Shown: positions 17,971-28,147 of the stretch, piece after piece
Numbering within the stretch: position 1 is the first letter of the stretch
How the letters are laid out: each line of letters begins with the position of its first letter
Virus record (IMG/VR): IMGVR_UViG_3300025030_000050
Coordinates: 32,001 to 96,000 of that record
Length of the DNA: 64,000 nt
Strand: one strand, 5' to 3'
Source: a virus
Notes under the pieces: generated by a model
Seen by the model: only the letters and a program-made list of their open reading frames with translations
Database searches by the model: none
What the model was told of the DNA's origin: nothing
Program-made: the position numbers and the translations under genes

Positions 17971-18411
17971 ATGACAGTGTGGGTCAATGTTTTGAGAGAA
18001 GACAAGAGTTTGCCAATGCCAGAATTTAATTATGAAGGAGACGCAGGTTTTGACTTAAGAAGCGCAGAAGATGTTGTTATTTATCCAAATATGCCGTTAC
18101 CTGCTAAGATCTCTACTGGAATGAGATTTAGTATCCCTCTAGGATATTGCATGGAAGTTCATTCAAGAAGTGGATTAGCGGCTAAAAATCACTTGTTTGT
18201 AACCAATGGCCCTGGCATAATTGATAGTGTCTATACAGGCATTGTTTACGTATTATTAACTAATTTGGGCGAAGATCCTGTTCATATCAAACACGGTCAA
18301 AGGATTGCACAAGGCATTATTAAGAAATTGCCAGAAGTTATTTTTAAAGAAGTTGATACTATTAAAGAAACTAAAAGGGGTGATAAAGGATTCGGAAGTA
18401 GCGGTATTTAA
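17971..18411 (+). CDS. dut: trimeric dUTPase
   Basis: AGFDL, SRSGLA, GIIDS.Y.G, RIAQ, RGDKGFGSSG. Confidence 0.95.
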   Translation: MTVWVNVLREDKSLPMPEFNYEGDAGFDLRSAEDVVIYPNMPLPAKISTGMRFSIPLGYCMEVHSRSGLAAKNHLFVTNGPGIIDSVYTGIVYVLLTNLGEDPVHIKHGQRIAQGIIKKLPEVIFKEVDTIKETKRGDKGFGSSGI

Positions 18412-18437
18412 AATCTGGTATTAACAATTATCTTAGA

Positions 18438-18466
18438 AAGGCAAGGTATGTACCTTGCCTTGTTTT
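18438..18466 (+). terminator. hairpin terminator/attenuator before RNR
   Basis: AAGGCAAGGTA-TG-TACCTTGCCTT followed by GTTTT. Confidence 0.6.
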
Positions 18467-18488
18467 GTCTTAGGAGGTTTTTTATAAA

Positions 18489-20405
18489 ATGAATGATTTC
18501 CAGAAATATATCCATATTTCTAAATACGCTAGATATTTAGATAAAGAAAAAAGAAGAGAGACATGGGAAGAGACAGTCAGTCGATATGTCCAATTCTGGG
18601 AAAGAAAATATCCAGAATTAATTATGGGCGATTTTAAAACAGAGATGTTTAATGTCATTTATAATTTAGAATCAATGCCTTCTATGCGAGCATTAATGAC
18701 ATCAGGAAAGGCTTTAGAAAGAGACAATGCCTCTGGATACAATTGTACTGGTTGTGCTATAACAAACCCAAGGGTTTTTGACGAATTGTTTTACTTGCTT
18801 ATGTGCGGCTGTGGCTGCGGATTTTCAGTCGAAAGACAATATATTGTAAAACTACCTGAAGTGCCAGAAGAATTTTTTAAAAGTGATACTATTATATCAG
18901 TAGCAGATTCAAAAATAGGATGGGCATCAGCGTTAAGAGAATTAATAAGTTTGCTTTATGCCGGTAAAATTCCTAAATGGGATTTATCTAAAATAAGGCC
19001 CGCTGGAGCAAGATTGAAAACATTTGGTGGAAGAGCAAGTGGTCCTGATCCATTAAATTCATTATTTAATTTTGTTGTAAAAACATTTAAAAATGCTACT
19101 GGTCAAAGACTTAACAGTTTAGAATGCCACGACATTATGTGTAAAATTGCAGATACAGTTATTGTCGGTTCAGTAAGAAGGGCGGCGATGATTAGTTTCT
19201 CTAATCTATCAGATGATAGAATGAGAAGAGCAAAGAAAGGGGAATTTTGGTTAACTGCTCCTCAAAGATCATTAGCTAATAATTCTACAGCATATACAGA
19301 AAAACCAGATCTCGACGCTTTCTCAAAAGAATGGAGAAATCAATACATTTCTAAATCTGGAGAGAGGGGAATCGTAAATAAAATAGCTTTAAAGAAAAAA
19401 GCAGAATCTTGTGGAAGGGAATATGAAGGAGATTATATTTTAAATCCTTGCGCTGAAGCTATTTTAAGAGATTCAGGACAAATGTGTAACTTATCAGAAG
19501 TTGTTATAAGACCAGAGGATTCATTAGAAGAATTAAAAAGAAAAGTAAAATGGGCGGCAATTTTAGGAACACTCCAGTCAACCTTAACCGATTTCCGTTA
19601 TTTGAGAAAAATATGGAAAGATAATATAAAAGAAGAAAGATTACTTGGAATTTCATTGACTGGCATTATGGACCATCCAGTAATGAGCGGAGAATGGGAT
19701 AAATTCGATGATACTGTATGGGATCATTCAAGCTTTTGCGGTACATTTTCACTAAAAGAAGTCTTAGAAATATTAAAACAAACGGCAAGAGAAACGAATG
19801 AAATATGGGCAAATAAATTAGAAATAAACAAATCAAAACAATTGTCTTTAATAAAACCTAGCGGAACAGTTTCACAACTCGTTAATTGTTCTTCTGGAAT
19901 ACACCCTCGAATGTTCCCTTATTACATTAGAAGAGTCAGACAAGATAAAAAAGATCCATTGTCTAATCTCATGATTGACCAAGGTGTTCCATTTATAGAA
20001 GAACAGGATAAATATATTTTCTCTTTTTATATAAAATCACCAGAAAATGCTATAACTTCTGATAATGTAAATGCTTTAGATCAATTAGTATTATGGAAAA
20101 TATATCGTAATTATTGGTGTGATGGGAATCCAAGTCAAACAATCTACTATACAGATGACGAATATTTTGCTATAGCTGATTGGATATGGAAAAATTGGGA
20201 TGAAATAGGAGGTCTTTCATTTTTTCCTAAAAATGATCATTGTTATGAAAATGCACCATACCAACAAATTACACAAAAAGAATATGAAAAGGCTATCTCA
20301 ACCTTCCCAAAAATTGACTGGACTCAATTAATAAATTATGAAAAGGAAGATTTAACAACCTCTAATCAAGAGTTCGCATGTAGTGGAGGAAGTTGCGAAA
20401 TTTAG
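18489..20405 (+). CDS. nrdJ: class II (B12-dependent) ribonucleotide reductase
   Basis: KYARY, PSMR, YNC, VRRAA, NPCAE, CNLSE, KPSGT, C-terminal ACSGGSCEI; no beta-subunit gene adjacent. Confidence 0.95.
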   Translation: MNDFQKYIHISKYARYLDKEKRRETWEETVSRYVQFWERKYPELIMGDFKTEMFNVIYNLESMPSMRALMTSGKALERDNASGYNCTGCAITNPRVFDELFYLLMCGCGCGFSVERQYIVKLPEVPEEFFKSDTIISVADSKIGWASALRELISLLYAGKIPKWDLSKIRPAGARLKTFGGRASGPDPLNSLFNFVVKTFKNATGQRLNSLECHDIMCKIADTVIVGSVRRAAMISFSNLSDDRMRRAKKGEFWLTAPQRSLANNSTAYTEKPDLDAFSKEWRNQYISKSGERGIVNKIALKKKAESCGREYEGDYILNPCAEAILRDSGQMCNLSEVVIRPEDSLEELKRKVKWAAILGTLQSTLTDFRYLRKIWKDNIKEERLLGISLTGIMDHPVMSGEWDKFDDTVWDHSSFCGTFSLKEVLEILKQTARETNEIWANKLEINKSKQLSLIKPSGTVSQLVNCSSGIHPRMFPYYIRRVRQDKKDPLSNLMIDQGVPFIEEQDKYIFSFYIKSPENAITSDNVNALDQLVLWKIYRNYWCDGNPSQTIYYTDDEYFAIADWIWKNWDEIGGLSFFPKNDHCYENAPYQQITQKEYEKAISTFPKIDWTQLINYEKEDLTTSNQEFACSGGSCEI

Positions 20406-20408
20406 TCC

Positions 20409-20437
20409 TTGCATTTATTTTGAAAACGTGGTATAAA
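20409..20437 (+). promoter_or_regulatory. sigma70-type promoter
   Basis: TTGCAT-N17-TATAAA with extended TG. Confidence 0.6.
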
Positions 20438-20508
20438 GATAGTTATGGAAACAAAAGTTAAAGAGTTGGTATAGAAATTAGACATCTATTAACAGCAAGA
20501 GGACAGAA

Positions 20509-20697
20509 ATGGCTGAGATTAAAATTGTTATTGATGAGAAAAAACTAAAGGAGCTTATTTCAGATCATCTTTACGATCTGTTTGGAAGCCTTACTTTTAC
20601 TGAAGAAGAAATTAGTATAATGGTAAAATCTAAACAGAATTATAAAAGTGAGTGGGAGAAAGCAGATTTTAAAGCAGAAATAAATAAAAGTTTTTAA
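20509..20697 (+). CDS. hypothetical protein
   Basis: SD GAGGA. Confidence 0.65.
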   Translation: MAEIKIVIDEKKLKELISDHLYDLFGSLTFTEEEISIMVKSKQNYKSEWEKADFKAEINKSF

Positions 20698-20699
20698 CC

Positions 20700-21362
20700 A
20701 TGACAAATCAAGAAATAACAATTTTAACCTCAGTTAAAACAATCTTAGAATACTTGGATTCAAAATATGGTTTTAAACTAAACTCAGTAAGGTTTCACAA
20801 ACTCATTAAATCACAAGGATTCCCCGTAACTAAAATTGGAATCAAGTATGCGGCAAGAACTGATTTTATTGACAAGTGGATTGACGATTTATTTAACAAT
20901 AAAATTATTGAAAATATTAGAAATAGATATGATTTAGTTAGAAAACCTGAAAGAAAAGGACCAAGTAAATTTATTGATAAGGTAAAATACAGATACCCTA
21001 AAAAGAGAGGTAGAAAAAAAACCTGGAAAGAAGAAATAGATACTAAAAGTTGGGAATTTTTTCTTAAGAAAATAGATTTGGTATTGCCATGGTATGATAA
21101 TAAAAACCGAAACATGATTTATTCAAGTGCTAAGAAGCTGATCTTAAATAAATGTTCAGTTACACTTATTGTGAATGTTATAGAGCAATGTATGTGGGCT
21201 TCGTATCGTGAAGCCCTTCATGCATATCAAAAAGAAGGCACACCTTTTCTTAATTTTAGAGAAAGAAAGAAATTTGGGAGCTGGAAAGAAAAAGTAAGGG
21301 GGAAATTAACAATTGGAGATAACGTCTCAATTAATAAAGAAGATAAACCAATTAAAGAATGA
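20700..21362 (+). CDS. basic protein with N-terminal excisionase-like HTH
   Basis: ...KLIKSQGFPVTKIGIKYAARTDFIDKW pattern. Confidence 0.45.
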   Translation: MTNQEITILTSVKTILEYLDSKYGFKLNSVRFHKLIKSQGFPVTKIGIKYAARTDFIDKWIDDLFNNKIIENIRNRYDLVRKPERKGPSKFIDKVKYRYPKKRGRKKTWKEEIDTKSWEFFLKKIDLVLPWYDNKNRNMIYSSAKKLILNKCSVTLIVNVIEQCMWASYREALHAYQKEGTPFLNFRERKKFGSWKEKVRGKLTIGDNVSINKEDKPIKE

Positions 21363-21591
21363 CAATTACGTTCCTTTAAAATTACAGTTTAATGAAAGTA
21401 CGTATATTAAAATTTTAGAGGAATGTAATTTTATAAAGAAAGAAAACGGAGAATATATTTGGTATTCTCCTAAATTAGTAGAAACGAGTTCTAACACACC
21501 TGGGGTCAATACATTTTTTGGCCTGCCATTTGTCATTGAAGACGAAGGTTTCGATTGGGCTATAGTTTCAGAGGAGAAAAGTAATGGATGA
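21313..21591 (+). CDS. hypothetical protein
   Basis: ORF track. Confidence 0.55.
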   Translation: MEITSQLIKKINQLKNDNYVPLKLQFNESTYIKILEECNFIKKENGEYIWYSPKLVETSSNTPGVNTFFGLPFVIEDEGFDWAIVSEEKSNG

Positions 21592-21934
21592 AATAGATAA
21601 GTTGGGTATGAAAGCAAATCTAGTTAATGAAATTTGCGGATTAAATCACGGCCATTGGGATTGTCCAGATCCACAAGCAGTTGATTATATTGTAGCACCA
21701 TTTGGATATAAAGTCGGAGACATAGAATACATGCAAACACAAGAATTTGCTATTCCTGTTTGTAAGTGCTGTGCAGAAACATTATATAGCAATGACAAGG
21801 AGTGGATTCTGTACTATTGTATAAATTGTAATAGCTCGCAATGGATAATTAGACAATTGATGGGCATTAACAGCCAAAGACCAATGGTTGAATGGCTTGA
21901 CGAATGCCCCAAATGTAAGGCTCAGACTTTATAA
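21584..21934 (+). CDS. Cys-rich zinc-binding protein
   Basis: CKCC, CINC, CPKC. Confidence 0.65.
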   Translation: MDEIDKLGMKANLVNEICGLNHGHWDCPDPQAVDYIVAPFGYKVGDIEYMQTQEFAIPVCKCCAETLYSNDKEWILYYCINCNSSQWIIRQLMGINSQRPMVEWLDECPKCKAQTL

Positions 21935-22182
21935 AATCTTACATTATCAATCTGTTTGACGAAACTTGTTTTGGTCGCCCATTTAGGTGCGCTAATGCTA
22001 ATATCGTAATAACTATTAGCATTAGCGACTTCGGTTATATCTTTTCCAAACCAAGCCTTAGCTTTTACTCTATTCAAAATAACAGCAGCAATTCCTGTCT
22101 TAACTTCTTTACTTGCGCCTCTAGCTTCTCTCCAAATCATTAAAGCTAAAAATACAGTATCGGCTATTTTTAATAATTCCAT
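21922..22182 (-). CDS. SleB/Hydrolase_2 cell-wall hydrolase, apparently with an internal deletion
   Basis: LA..IW.EARG, A.VILNRV, YY...PKW...I....FY; the usual QFS/DPT.GA middle is missing. Confidence 0.75.
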   Translation of the reverse strand: MELLKIADTVFLALMIWREARGASKEVKTGIAAVILNRVKAKAWFGKDITEVANANSYYDISISAPKWATKTSFVKQIDNVRFYKV

Positions 22183-22185
22183 TTC

Positions 22186-22296
22186 TCACATTTGGCAATT
22201 TATACAAACGCAACCACAATAAATACATTTTTCTTTATTGCTGCCATTCTCAATTTCAAAAACCATACCACAATTTTTGCAAATATAAATTATCAT
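22186..22296 (-). CDS. tiny Cys-rich protein
   Basis: MIIYICKNCG...CIYCGCVCINCQM; SD GGGAGA; ATGA coupling. Confidence 0.5.
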   Translation of the reverse strand: MIIYICKNCGMVFEIENGSNKEKCIYCGCVCINCQM

Positions 22297-22574
22297 TTTC
22301 TCCCATTTTCTCTCAATATAGAATCCATCATATCTGTTTCTAAACTTTTAATTCTAGCCGCATTATTTTTTATATCTGCTTCTGCCTTAACAATCGTCAA
22401 GTTTTCCATTGATATTGAATTACTCAAAACACCAAAACCAGTTTCCATTTTGTCAACTCTTTTAATTATATATCCCTGCATACCTACCATTATCACTACT
22501 GCGATTCCAATTACCCATTGAGTCACAGTAAAGCGTGTACAGGTTTCGACATTACAGCTTTTCACCATAGTCAT
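22293..22574 (-). CDS. holin/hemolysin-like membrane protein
   Basis: One TM helix plus coiled coil, upstream of the endolysin; SD AGGAG. Confidence 0.55.
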   Translation of the reverse strand: MTMVKSCNVETCTRFTVTQWVIGIAVVIMVGMQGYIIKRVDKMETGFGVLSNSISMENLTIVKAEADIKNNAARIKSLETDMMDSILRENGRK

Positions 22575-22795
22575 TCTCCTTATATTCTATAAGAGACAAA
22601 GCTTCATATAAATAACATCTTTCCAAAACAAGATTTATCTCTTTTTTATTTTCAACTATAAAATCATTATCCATAATTAATTCATATATTATCTGTTTTT
22701 AAATACCCTCTGCCATAAATTGTACAATTACCACAACTGACACATCTTTTTTTGTCTTTTGTGAATTTATACATTTACAATCCTTGGTTAAATTA

Positions 22796-24796
22796 TCACC
22801 ACTCAGCAGCATAAATTGGGACATAGCCAAGTAAAACTCCACTTGAGTTATAAATAGGCCAGGCTTTAGATGTTGCTCCTGATGGTGTGTTGGCATTACT
22901 AGTGGTATTCCCTACTCCCAATCCATCACCAGCTCCAAGAGACAAAACATTAGCCGCTGTACGACTCAGAGTTACATCTACTGCTGTCGCTCCACCAGCA
23001 CCAAAAGACATAACTCCATCGCCAGTTAAATTAAATGTAGGTTGAGCATCTAAAGTTCCACCAGTAGATTGATGAACTCGAAGAACAATATTTGCCCCAC
23101 CTCGGACTACTTGGATATAATCATTGTCCACAATTCTAATATAATTATCTTCATCAGCCATCCAGCCATTGTAATTATCAAAAAATTCAAAGATTGTAGT
23201 TGTTGAGTTATTAGTAATATTAGATGCTGTAACTGGACGAAAATCATTTGACATTTGACCACTTGTTATATATGTATAATAAGCAGTCGCGGCTATTGTT
23301 CCACCTTTAAGACCTCCGTCTTTACATCTTAAAAACTCCACATTGATACAATTAGAAAGATCAAACGCTGGGATGCCTGCTTCAGTAGCAAATGAACTAC
23401 GATCAAATAGAATACCTCTAGGAATTTCCCCACCTTCATTAGAAATTTTTAAACCTACTGCTCCGGCATCAGGAGATGGGTAGCCTATGCTTTCAATATG
23501 ATGACGGACAAAGCTATAACGTCCACCTGCAGCAACATGAATCCCATGTAAACTATTAGCTTCGGTCACAACATCTATAAGCGTAACACCAAACGGACCA
23601 CTGTTAACATCAGCTAAAGCTTCAGTTAAATTACCATCGAAATGGATGCCTACCTTCCCACCCCAATAAGCACCACCTTTAAAATTCATAGTAGTGCCAT
23701 CAGCAACGTATGCCTGGTACTCTGTGTTGTCCCAACTATTCACGTTGTCTATTGAAGTTTCAAGACATCTTATCAGATAAAGGCCTGCATTAGTAAATCC
23801 AGTAACTTTAAGCTCTTTAATGGTCATACTCTGTGCAACACCGTAAAGAGCCAGCCCATTAGTCCCTGTCCCACCTCCATCAAGATACAAATTAGTAAAC
23901 TCAAGTCCCCTGGTCCAGTTAGCAGGATGCTGAACCTGAGAGTAGGTATTAAATATCGGAACAGCCGCAGTTGATACTAATTTCCCATTTCTGAAGATCC
24001 AATCTAGTCTAGGAGTAGAACCTGCTCCTGGGTCTGGTAAAGTGAGAACTGTCCCTATTCCATATCCCAACACACCACTTGCAGAAAAATCAAATATCCG
24101 ATTAGTTGAAGTTCCAACTGAATCAATCATAGACTGAAGTTCTGTACTAACATCTGTGCCATCACCAATACCAACCCACCATCCAGCATATAAAACAGTA
24201 TCGGGATAACCAGAAAAATCAGTCACTAAATTTGCCCCAATCCAATACTGCCCAGGAGAAGCAACAACCCCACCAGTTATAACTAATGTCTCGGTTCCGC
24301 CTCCAGCAGTACCATCAAAATAACCGCCTTCAGAAAGATTTAATATCCCATTAACTGTTAATGTAACCCCATCTGCTAAAGTAGTTATACAACCCTTAAC
24401 ACCTCGTAAAGTCAGTGTTGTAGGGGAAGCCAGATCAGCACTAACTGTATTATCTACATCAAGGGCTAAAATAGTTTCTGTTGCGCCGATATCGGTTAAA
24501 GCAGCGCTTAAACTGCCTGCATAATCAGCATATAAATATTTTATCCCTTCTTCTCCAACATTATGCAAATCCCACCATAAATTTCCGGGATTAGAATCGG
24601 GAATAATAACCCATGGGGAATTTTCAACAGCTCCAACACTCTCTTTCAACAAATATTGTCTAGCTCTACCAGCAACATATGTTAAAGCGACATCGCCTGC
24701 CGCTAAACTAGCGCCGTCAATAGCGTCTAAATTACCTGTTCCCCCAGACCAGGCACCTCCACCAATTAACCCCGTTGTTTTATAAAAAGTAGCCAT
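22796..24796 (-). CDS. tailspike / depolymerase-like receptor-binding protein (parallel beta-helix)
   Basis: Position after tail tip; DVSTELQSMID entry helix; Gly/Asn-rich beta-helix repeats; GYVPIY C-terminus. Confidence 0.75.
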   Translation of the reverse strand: MATFYKTTGLIGGGAWSGGTGNLDAIDGASLAAGDVALTYVAGRARQYLLKESVGAVENSPWVIIPDSNPGNLWWDLHNVGEEGIKYLYADYAGSLSAALTDIGATETILALDVDNTVSADLASPTTLTLRGVKGCITTLADGVTLTVNGILNLSEGGYFDGTAGGGTETLVITGGVVASPGQYWIGANLVTDFSGYPDTVLYAGWWVGIGDGTDVSTELQSMIDSVGTSTNRIFDFSASGVLGYGIGTVLTLPDPGAGSTPRLDWIFRNGKLVSTAAVPIFNTYSQVQHPANWTRGLEFTNLYLDGGGTGTNGLALYGVAQSMTIKELKVTGFTNAGLYLIRCLETSIDNVNSWDNTEYQAYVADGTTMNFKGGAYWGGKVGIHFDGNLTEALADVNSGPFGVTLIDVVTEANSLHGIHVAAGGRYSFVRHHIESIGYPSPDAGAVGLKISNEGGEIPRGILFDRSSFATEAGIPAFDLSNCINVEFLRCKDGGLKGGTIAATAYYTYITSGQMSNDFRPVTASNITNNSTTTIFEFFDNYNGWMADEDNYIRIVDNDYIQVVRGGANIVLRVHQSTGGTLDAQPTFNLTGDGVMSFGAGGATAVDVTLSRTAANVLSLGAGDGLGVGNTTSNANTPSGATSKAWPIYNSSGVLLGYVPIYAAEW

Positions 24797-24954
24797 TAAT
24801 TACCCCCTAAGTCATTTTGAACGTTAGTTATGACCTTATTTTTCATTTCATTAATTTGTGTTTTTAAAACCTGAATTTCTTCATTGGCAAGTCTTAAATT
24901 TATTGTCAATTCCCCTACGATTTGAAGAATTTTATTTAATTTATCTTGGTCCAT
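24796..24954 (-). CDS. small coiled-coil protein (fibre chaperone-like)
   Basis: Below ORF-track cutoff; MDQDKLNKILQIVGELTINLRLANEEI...; SD GGGGAG; TAATG coupling. Confidence 0.6.
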   Translation of the reverse strand: MDQDKLNKILQIVGELTINLRLANEEIQVLKTQINEMKNKVITNVQNDLGGN

Positions 24955-24966
24955 ATCTTCTCCCCA

Positions 24967-27726
24967 TTAAGCTGTTGCTGCAACTAAAACATAAATTGTT
25001 GAACCACCAAAATCAACTTCAACTGTCCCTACCGGAGTCGTATTAGATCCTGTAGTTCCGGCACTATGCATAACGTCTTGAGTTAAAACCTGAAGAGTTG
25101 TTAGCCCAGAAATAGAACCACCTGTTATACTAACATTGTCAGAAGCTTGTGTAGAAATACTACCAATACCTAAAGTTGATCTTGCCGCAATATTATTCGC
25201 ATCATCTAATAAAGTTCGCGCAAAGGGAGTTATATCTGTTTCTGCCGCTGTATTTGCAGCAGTTGTATATACCATCTTATCGGCAGCAGTCCCCAACCCT
25301 GCAATACTTGTTAAAAACACATCGTAAGCTTGAATATCGACTCCAATTTCTAAATCAATAGAAGCTAGAAAAGTAGCTGTATCTTCAATCGTTAATACCT
25401 CACCTGTTGGGACAGTAATACTCCCTTCAAAATATGGAGCTGTCCCATCAGTATAAATTTGGAAGACAACGCCGAGTACAGAGTCATAACCTATTAACCC
25501 ACTTGGGCTAATTTGAACATAATTACTTCCAGTATATGATTTTATTCTTTGATTTGCAGAATCTATTTCAACTCCATCAACAGATAACATTGTTGATGTC
25601 AGAGTGAAGCCACCAATAGTTCCACCACTAGCATAAATAGACTCACAATAATTATTTCCACTCTCATCAATTCTAAAAGGAGCTGTTGAAGGCGTAGCTC
25701 CACCCGCCCAAATTCTCCAATCCGTAGCCCCAGTTACTTCACTATTTAAACCAACTAAACCATTACTAGCGGTAAGACTATATTGATTTGCAGTAAACCC
25801 ACATAATTTATTCACTCCTGATCCGTCTAATCTTAATATAGAAACAGCATTTGAATCTAAAATTTCAAGGCCATAGTCATTTGTCCCCAAATCTCCTATT
25901 TTTAATCTAGTTGTCCCATTTTCAACAAATTTTTGAATAGGCTCATTAGGATCAAAATAAATATAATTTACCCCTGCTCCAATTCTAAAAACACCCTTAA
26001 CTGTATTTTGAGTATTGCCAGTACTAGTTGTTGAATCTGGCCCAGAGATCATAGGTGAATAAACTTGAGCAGAACTGGTATCATCTAAAACTGTTAAAGT
26101 AGTAACAGATAGGTCTGCAAAATCATCTAAAGCTTCTTTAAACTGAATACAATTTATACTTATTCCACTAGCTCTGGTAAAAGAAATAGAATCAATCAAA
26201 GCCGTATATGTTCCACCATATTTAGCAGAACTAATTGTTATAGCATCATCAGGATTTAAACCAAGTAATTTATATTTCCCAGAAAAAGAAATATTAGCTT
26301 TTTGTAATAAACGGCGTTGATAATACAAAATTCCAATTTTTTGCGCTACATCTGAATTTTGTATAAATGGGATATTTAGGTTTGATGTAGATATATCATC
26401 AGTGCTTGTTTTTGCAGGAACCAAAACTTTAATAAATTTGTCTTGAGCTTCATTGGTTTGTTGAAATGAAATATATCCAGAATCAGATTGAGTTTGTGTG
26501 ACAAGGTTATAATTAAAGGAACCCATTCCAACAGTATTGGGGTTAATTACAATAGCTTCATCAATTGTTTTTTGGCTAGCTTTAATTAAAGGTTGTAGTT
26601 CTATTTTATCATTAACAATTAAAGTAGAATGACAACAATTTAACAATTCGCCCAAAACTTCTGCTTTTGGCCTTTTATAATAATAGGCATAATTAAATAA
26701 AATGCCTTGACTGTCATATGTTGCTTTTGATGTAATAAAACTATCACCTATATCAATACTAGGTACGCCCATATCAAGCAAAACGAACTTAATTGCATCT
26801 GCTGGATTATGAATATTAGTTGTATTGGACTTATCAAATTGACATGGGATATCAAGGAAAGTATCTCCCTGCATCCACAATCCATTAGCATCAGCGTCTC
26901 CATCTCCATTGCTATCTGCAATTATGGCTTGAAAAACAGAATAATTTGTTGAATTCAGGGTTTTAGAAGTTTTGCCAAATGTATAAGAACTAGCATCCCA
27001 TTCAGACTTAGCATTCCCCCATGCTCGTGGAGATCTGACTTTATGGATATTATAGTCATATCCTGCCTCTCCGAGCAAATAATACCTTTGGTTCGTTATA
27101 TAAATTGAACGCAAAGGTATATAAGCTTTCCCAATAGGTACTGGTACACAAATATTATCATCGTTCACATCAGAACTAATACTTAATTCTTTAACTAATT
27201 TAGTATTTGGGTAATCACCACGTAAATATTTTTGTAACCAATCCTCGCAGGTAAACTTTATTTGATTATATACTTCTTCAGATCTTCTAATATTAAATTT
27301 AAAAAAACGAATAATTGCATCATCAGTACCGTTGCCAACGATTAACCTTATCAAAAGTGTGGCATCAATAAAATCAGCAGCAGTTAAAGACGCACTTGCA
27401 TTGCCAACAGAAAAAGACATTTCACTAGGCGCAATTATACCATATTCTGACCTAGACCGATTTAAAGTTACGCCACTAAATGTTTCTGGTACAATTTTAA
27501 ACGCATAAACGTCTGTATTAGCCCAAAAGTCAATGCCAGCAGCCCATGATATGCCAGAAGCCCAAACACCGCTTAGAGAAGCGTTTAGGGTCGTTAAATC
27601 ACTATCTGCTTTGGTACTCCACAAATACTTAACATTTGCAGCAGTAGTTATTTCAAACAACCAGTCAATGGTTTTATAATTTGAATCAACTAAAGCTTGT
27701 TTTGTTGTATTAAAAGTTATTGACAT
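24967..27726 (-). CDS. tail tip / hub protein with C-terminal fibre
   Basis: Position after Dit; VPVPIG, NPAD.I, GTIGGF repeats, AARSTLG fibre motif. Confidence 0.75.
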   Translation of the reverse strand: MSITFNTTKQALVDSNYKTIDWLFEITTAANVKYLWSTKADSDLTTLNASLSGVWASGISWAAGIDFWANTDVYAFKIVPETFSGVTLNRSRSEYGIIAPSEMSFSVGNASASLTAADFIDATLLIRLIVGNGTDDAIIRFFKFNIRRSEEVYNQIKFTCEDWLQKYLRGDYPNTKLVKELSISSDVNDDNICVPVPIGKAYIPLRSIYITNQRYYLLGEAGYDYNIHKVRSPRAWGNAKSEWDASSYTFGKTSKTLNSTNYSVFQAIIADSNGDGDADANGLWMQGDTFLDIPCQFDKSNTTNIHNPADAIKFVLLDMGVPSIDIGDSFITSKATYDSQGILFNYAYYYKRPKAEVLGELLNCCHSTLIVNDKIELQPLIKASQKTIDEAIVINPNTVGMGSFNYNLVTQTQSDSGYISFQQTNEAQDKFIKVLVPAKTSTDDISTSNLNIPFIQNSDVAQKIGILYYQRRLLQKANISFSGKYKLLGLNPDDAITISSAKYGGTYTALIDSISFTRASGISINCIQFKEALDDFADLSVTTLTVLDDTSSAQVYSPMISGPDSTTSTGNTQNTVKGVFRIGAGVNYIYFDPNEPIQKFVENGTTRLKIGDLGTNDYGLEILDSNAVSILRLDGSGVNKLCGFTANQYSLTASNGLVGLNSEVTGATDWRIWAGGATPSTAPFRIDESGNNYCESIYASGGTIGGFTLTSTMLSVDGVEIDSANQRIKSYTGSNYVQISPSGLIGYDSVLGVVFQIYTDGTAPYFEGSITVPTGEVLTIEDTATFLASIDLEIGVDIQAYDVFLTSIAGLGTAADKMVYTTAANTAAETDITPFARTLLDDANNIAARSTLGIGSISTQASDNVSITGGSISGLTTLQVLTQDVMHSAGTTGSNTTPVGTVEVDFGGSTIYVLVAATA

Positions 27727-27727
27727 T

Positions 27728-28147
27728 TTAATCAGCGATCCTACCAACTACTTTTAGTCTTACATCAGGAATTGTATGAAGTCCAGGAACAGAAATGCTC
27801 CTATTAAGCTTGCCCGCAAACCTTACAACATATGTATGACCTCCAGCATCGGCAGGGGCAGTCCATTTAAATGTCCTTGACATACCATTTCCTTTAGCTG
27901 CGTCATGATAAAAATCAATTATTGTACCGGCATCACTAGAATCTTTATTGTTCCATCTCAGAGTAATAAAAAATATTGACGTATTGGATAAAGCTATTCT
28001 TTCTTCACTTCCGTCATCACCTGTTAATATCACCGCCGATTTTTCCCCTTCTTCAACAATGACATCGCTTGGGCTAACACTTAGTGTTGTAGTTGAGTAA
28101 TCTGGGGTAACAGTACTTAAATAGTCATAAAGCTCTTGATTCGCCAT
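27728..28147 (-). CDS. distal tail protein (Dit / gpM-like)
   Basis: Follows TMP; II.FY....G....F.W.......Y.VRF. Confidence 0.7.
   Translation of the reverse strand: MANQELYDYLSTVTPDYSTTTLSVSPSDVIVEEGEKSAVILTGDDGSEERIALSNTSIFFITLRWNNKDSSDAGTIIDFYHDAAKGNGMSRTFKWTAPADAGGHTYVVRFAGKLNRSISVPGLHTIPDVRLKVVGRIAD

Noticed and set aside
18489-20405. Intein or intron in RNR, RecA or TerL
   Set aside because: Lengths are normal and there are no C/S...HN splice motifs or frame breaks
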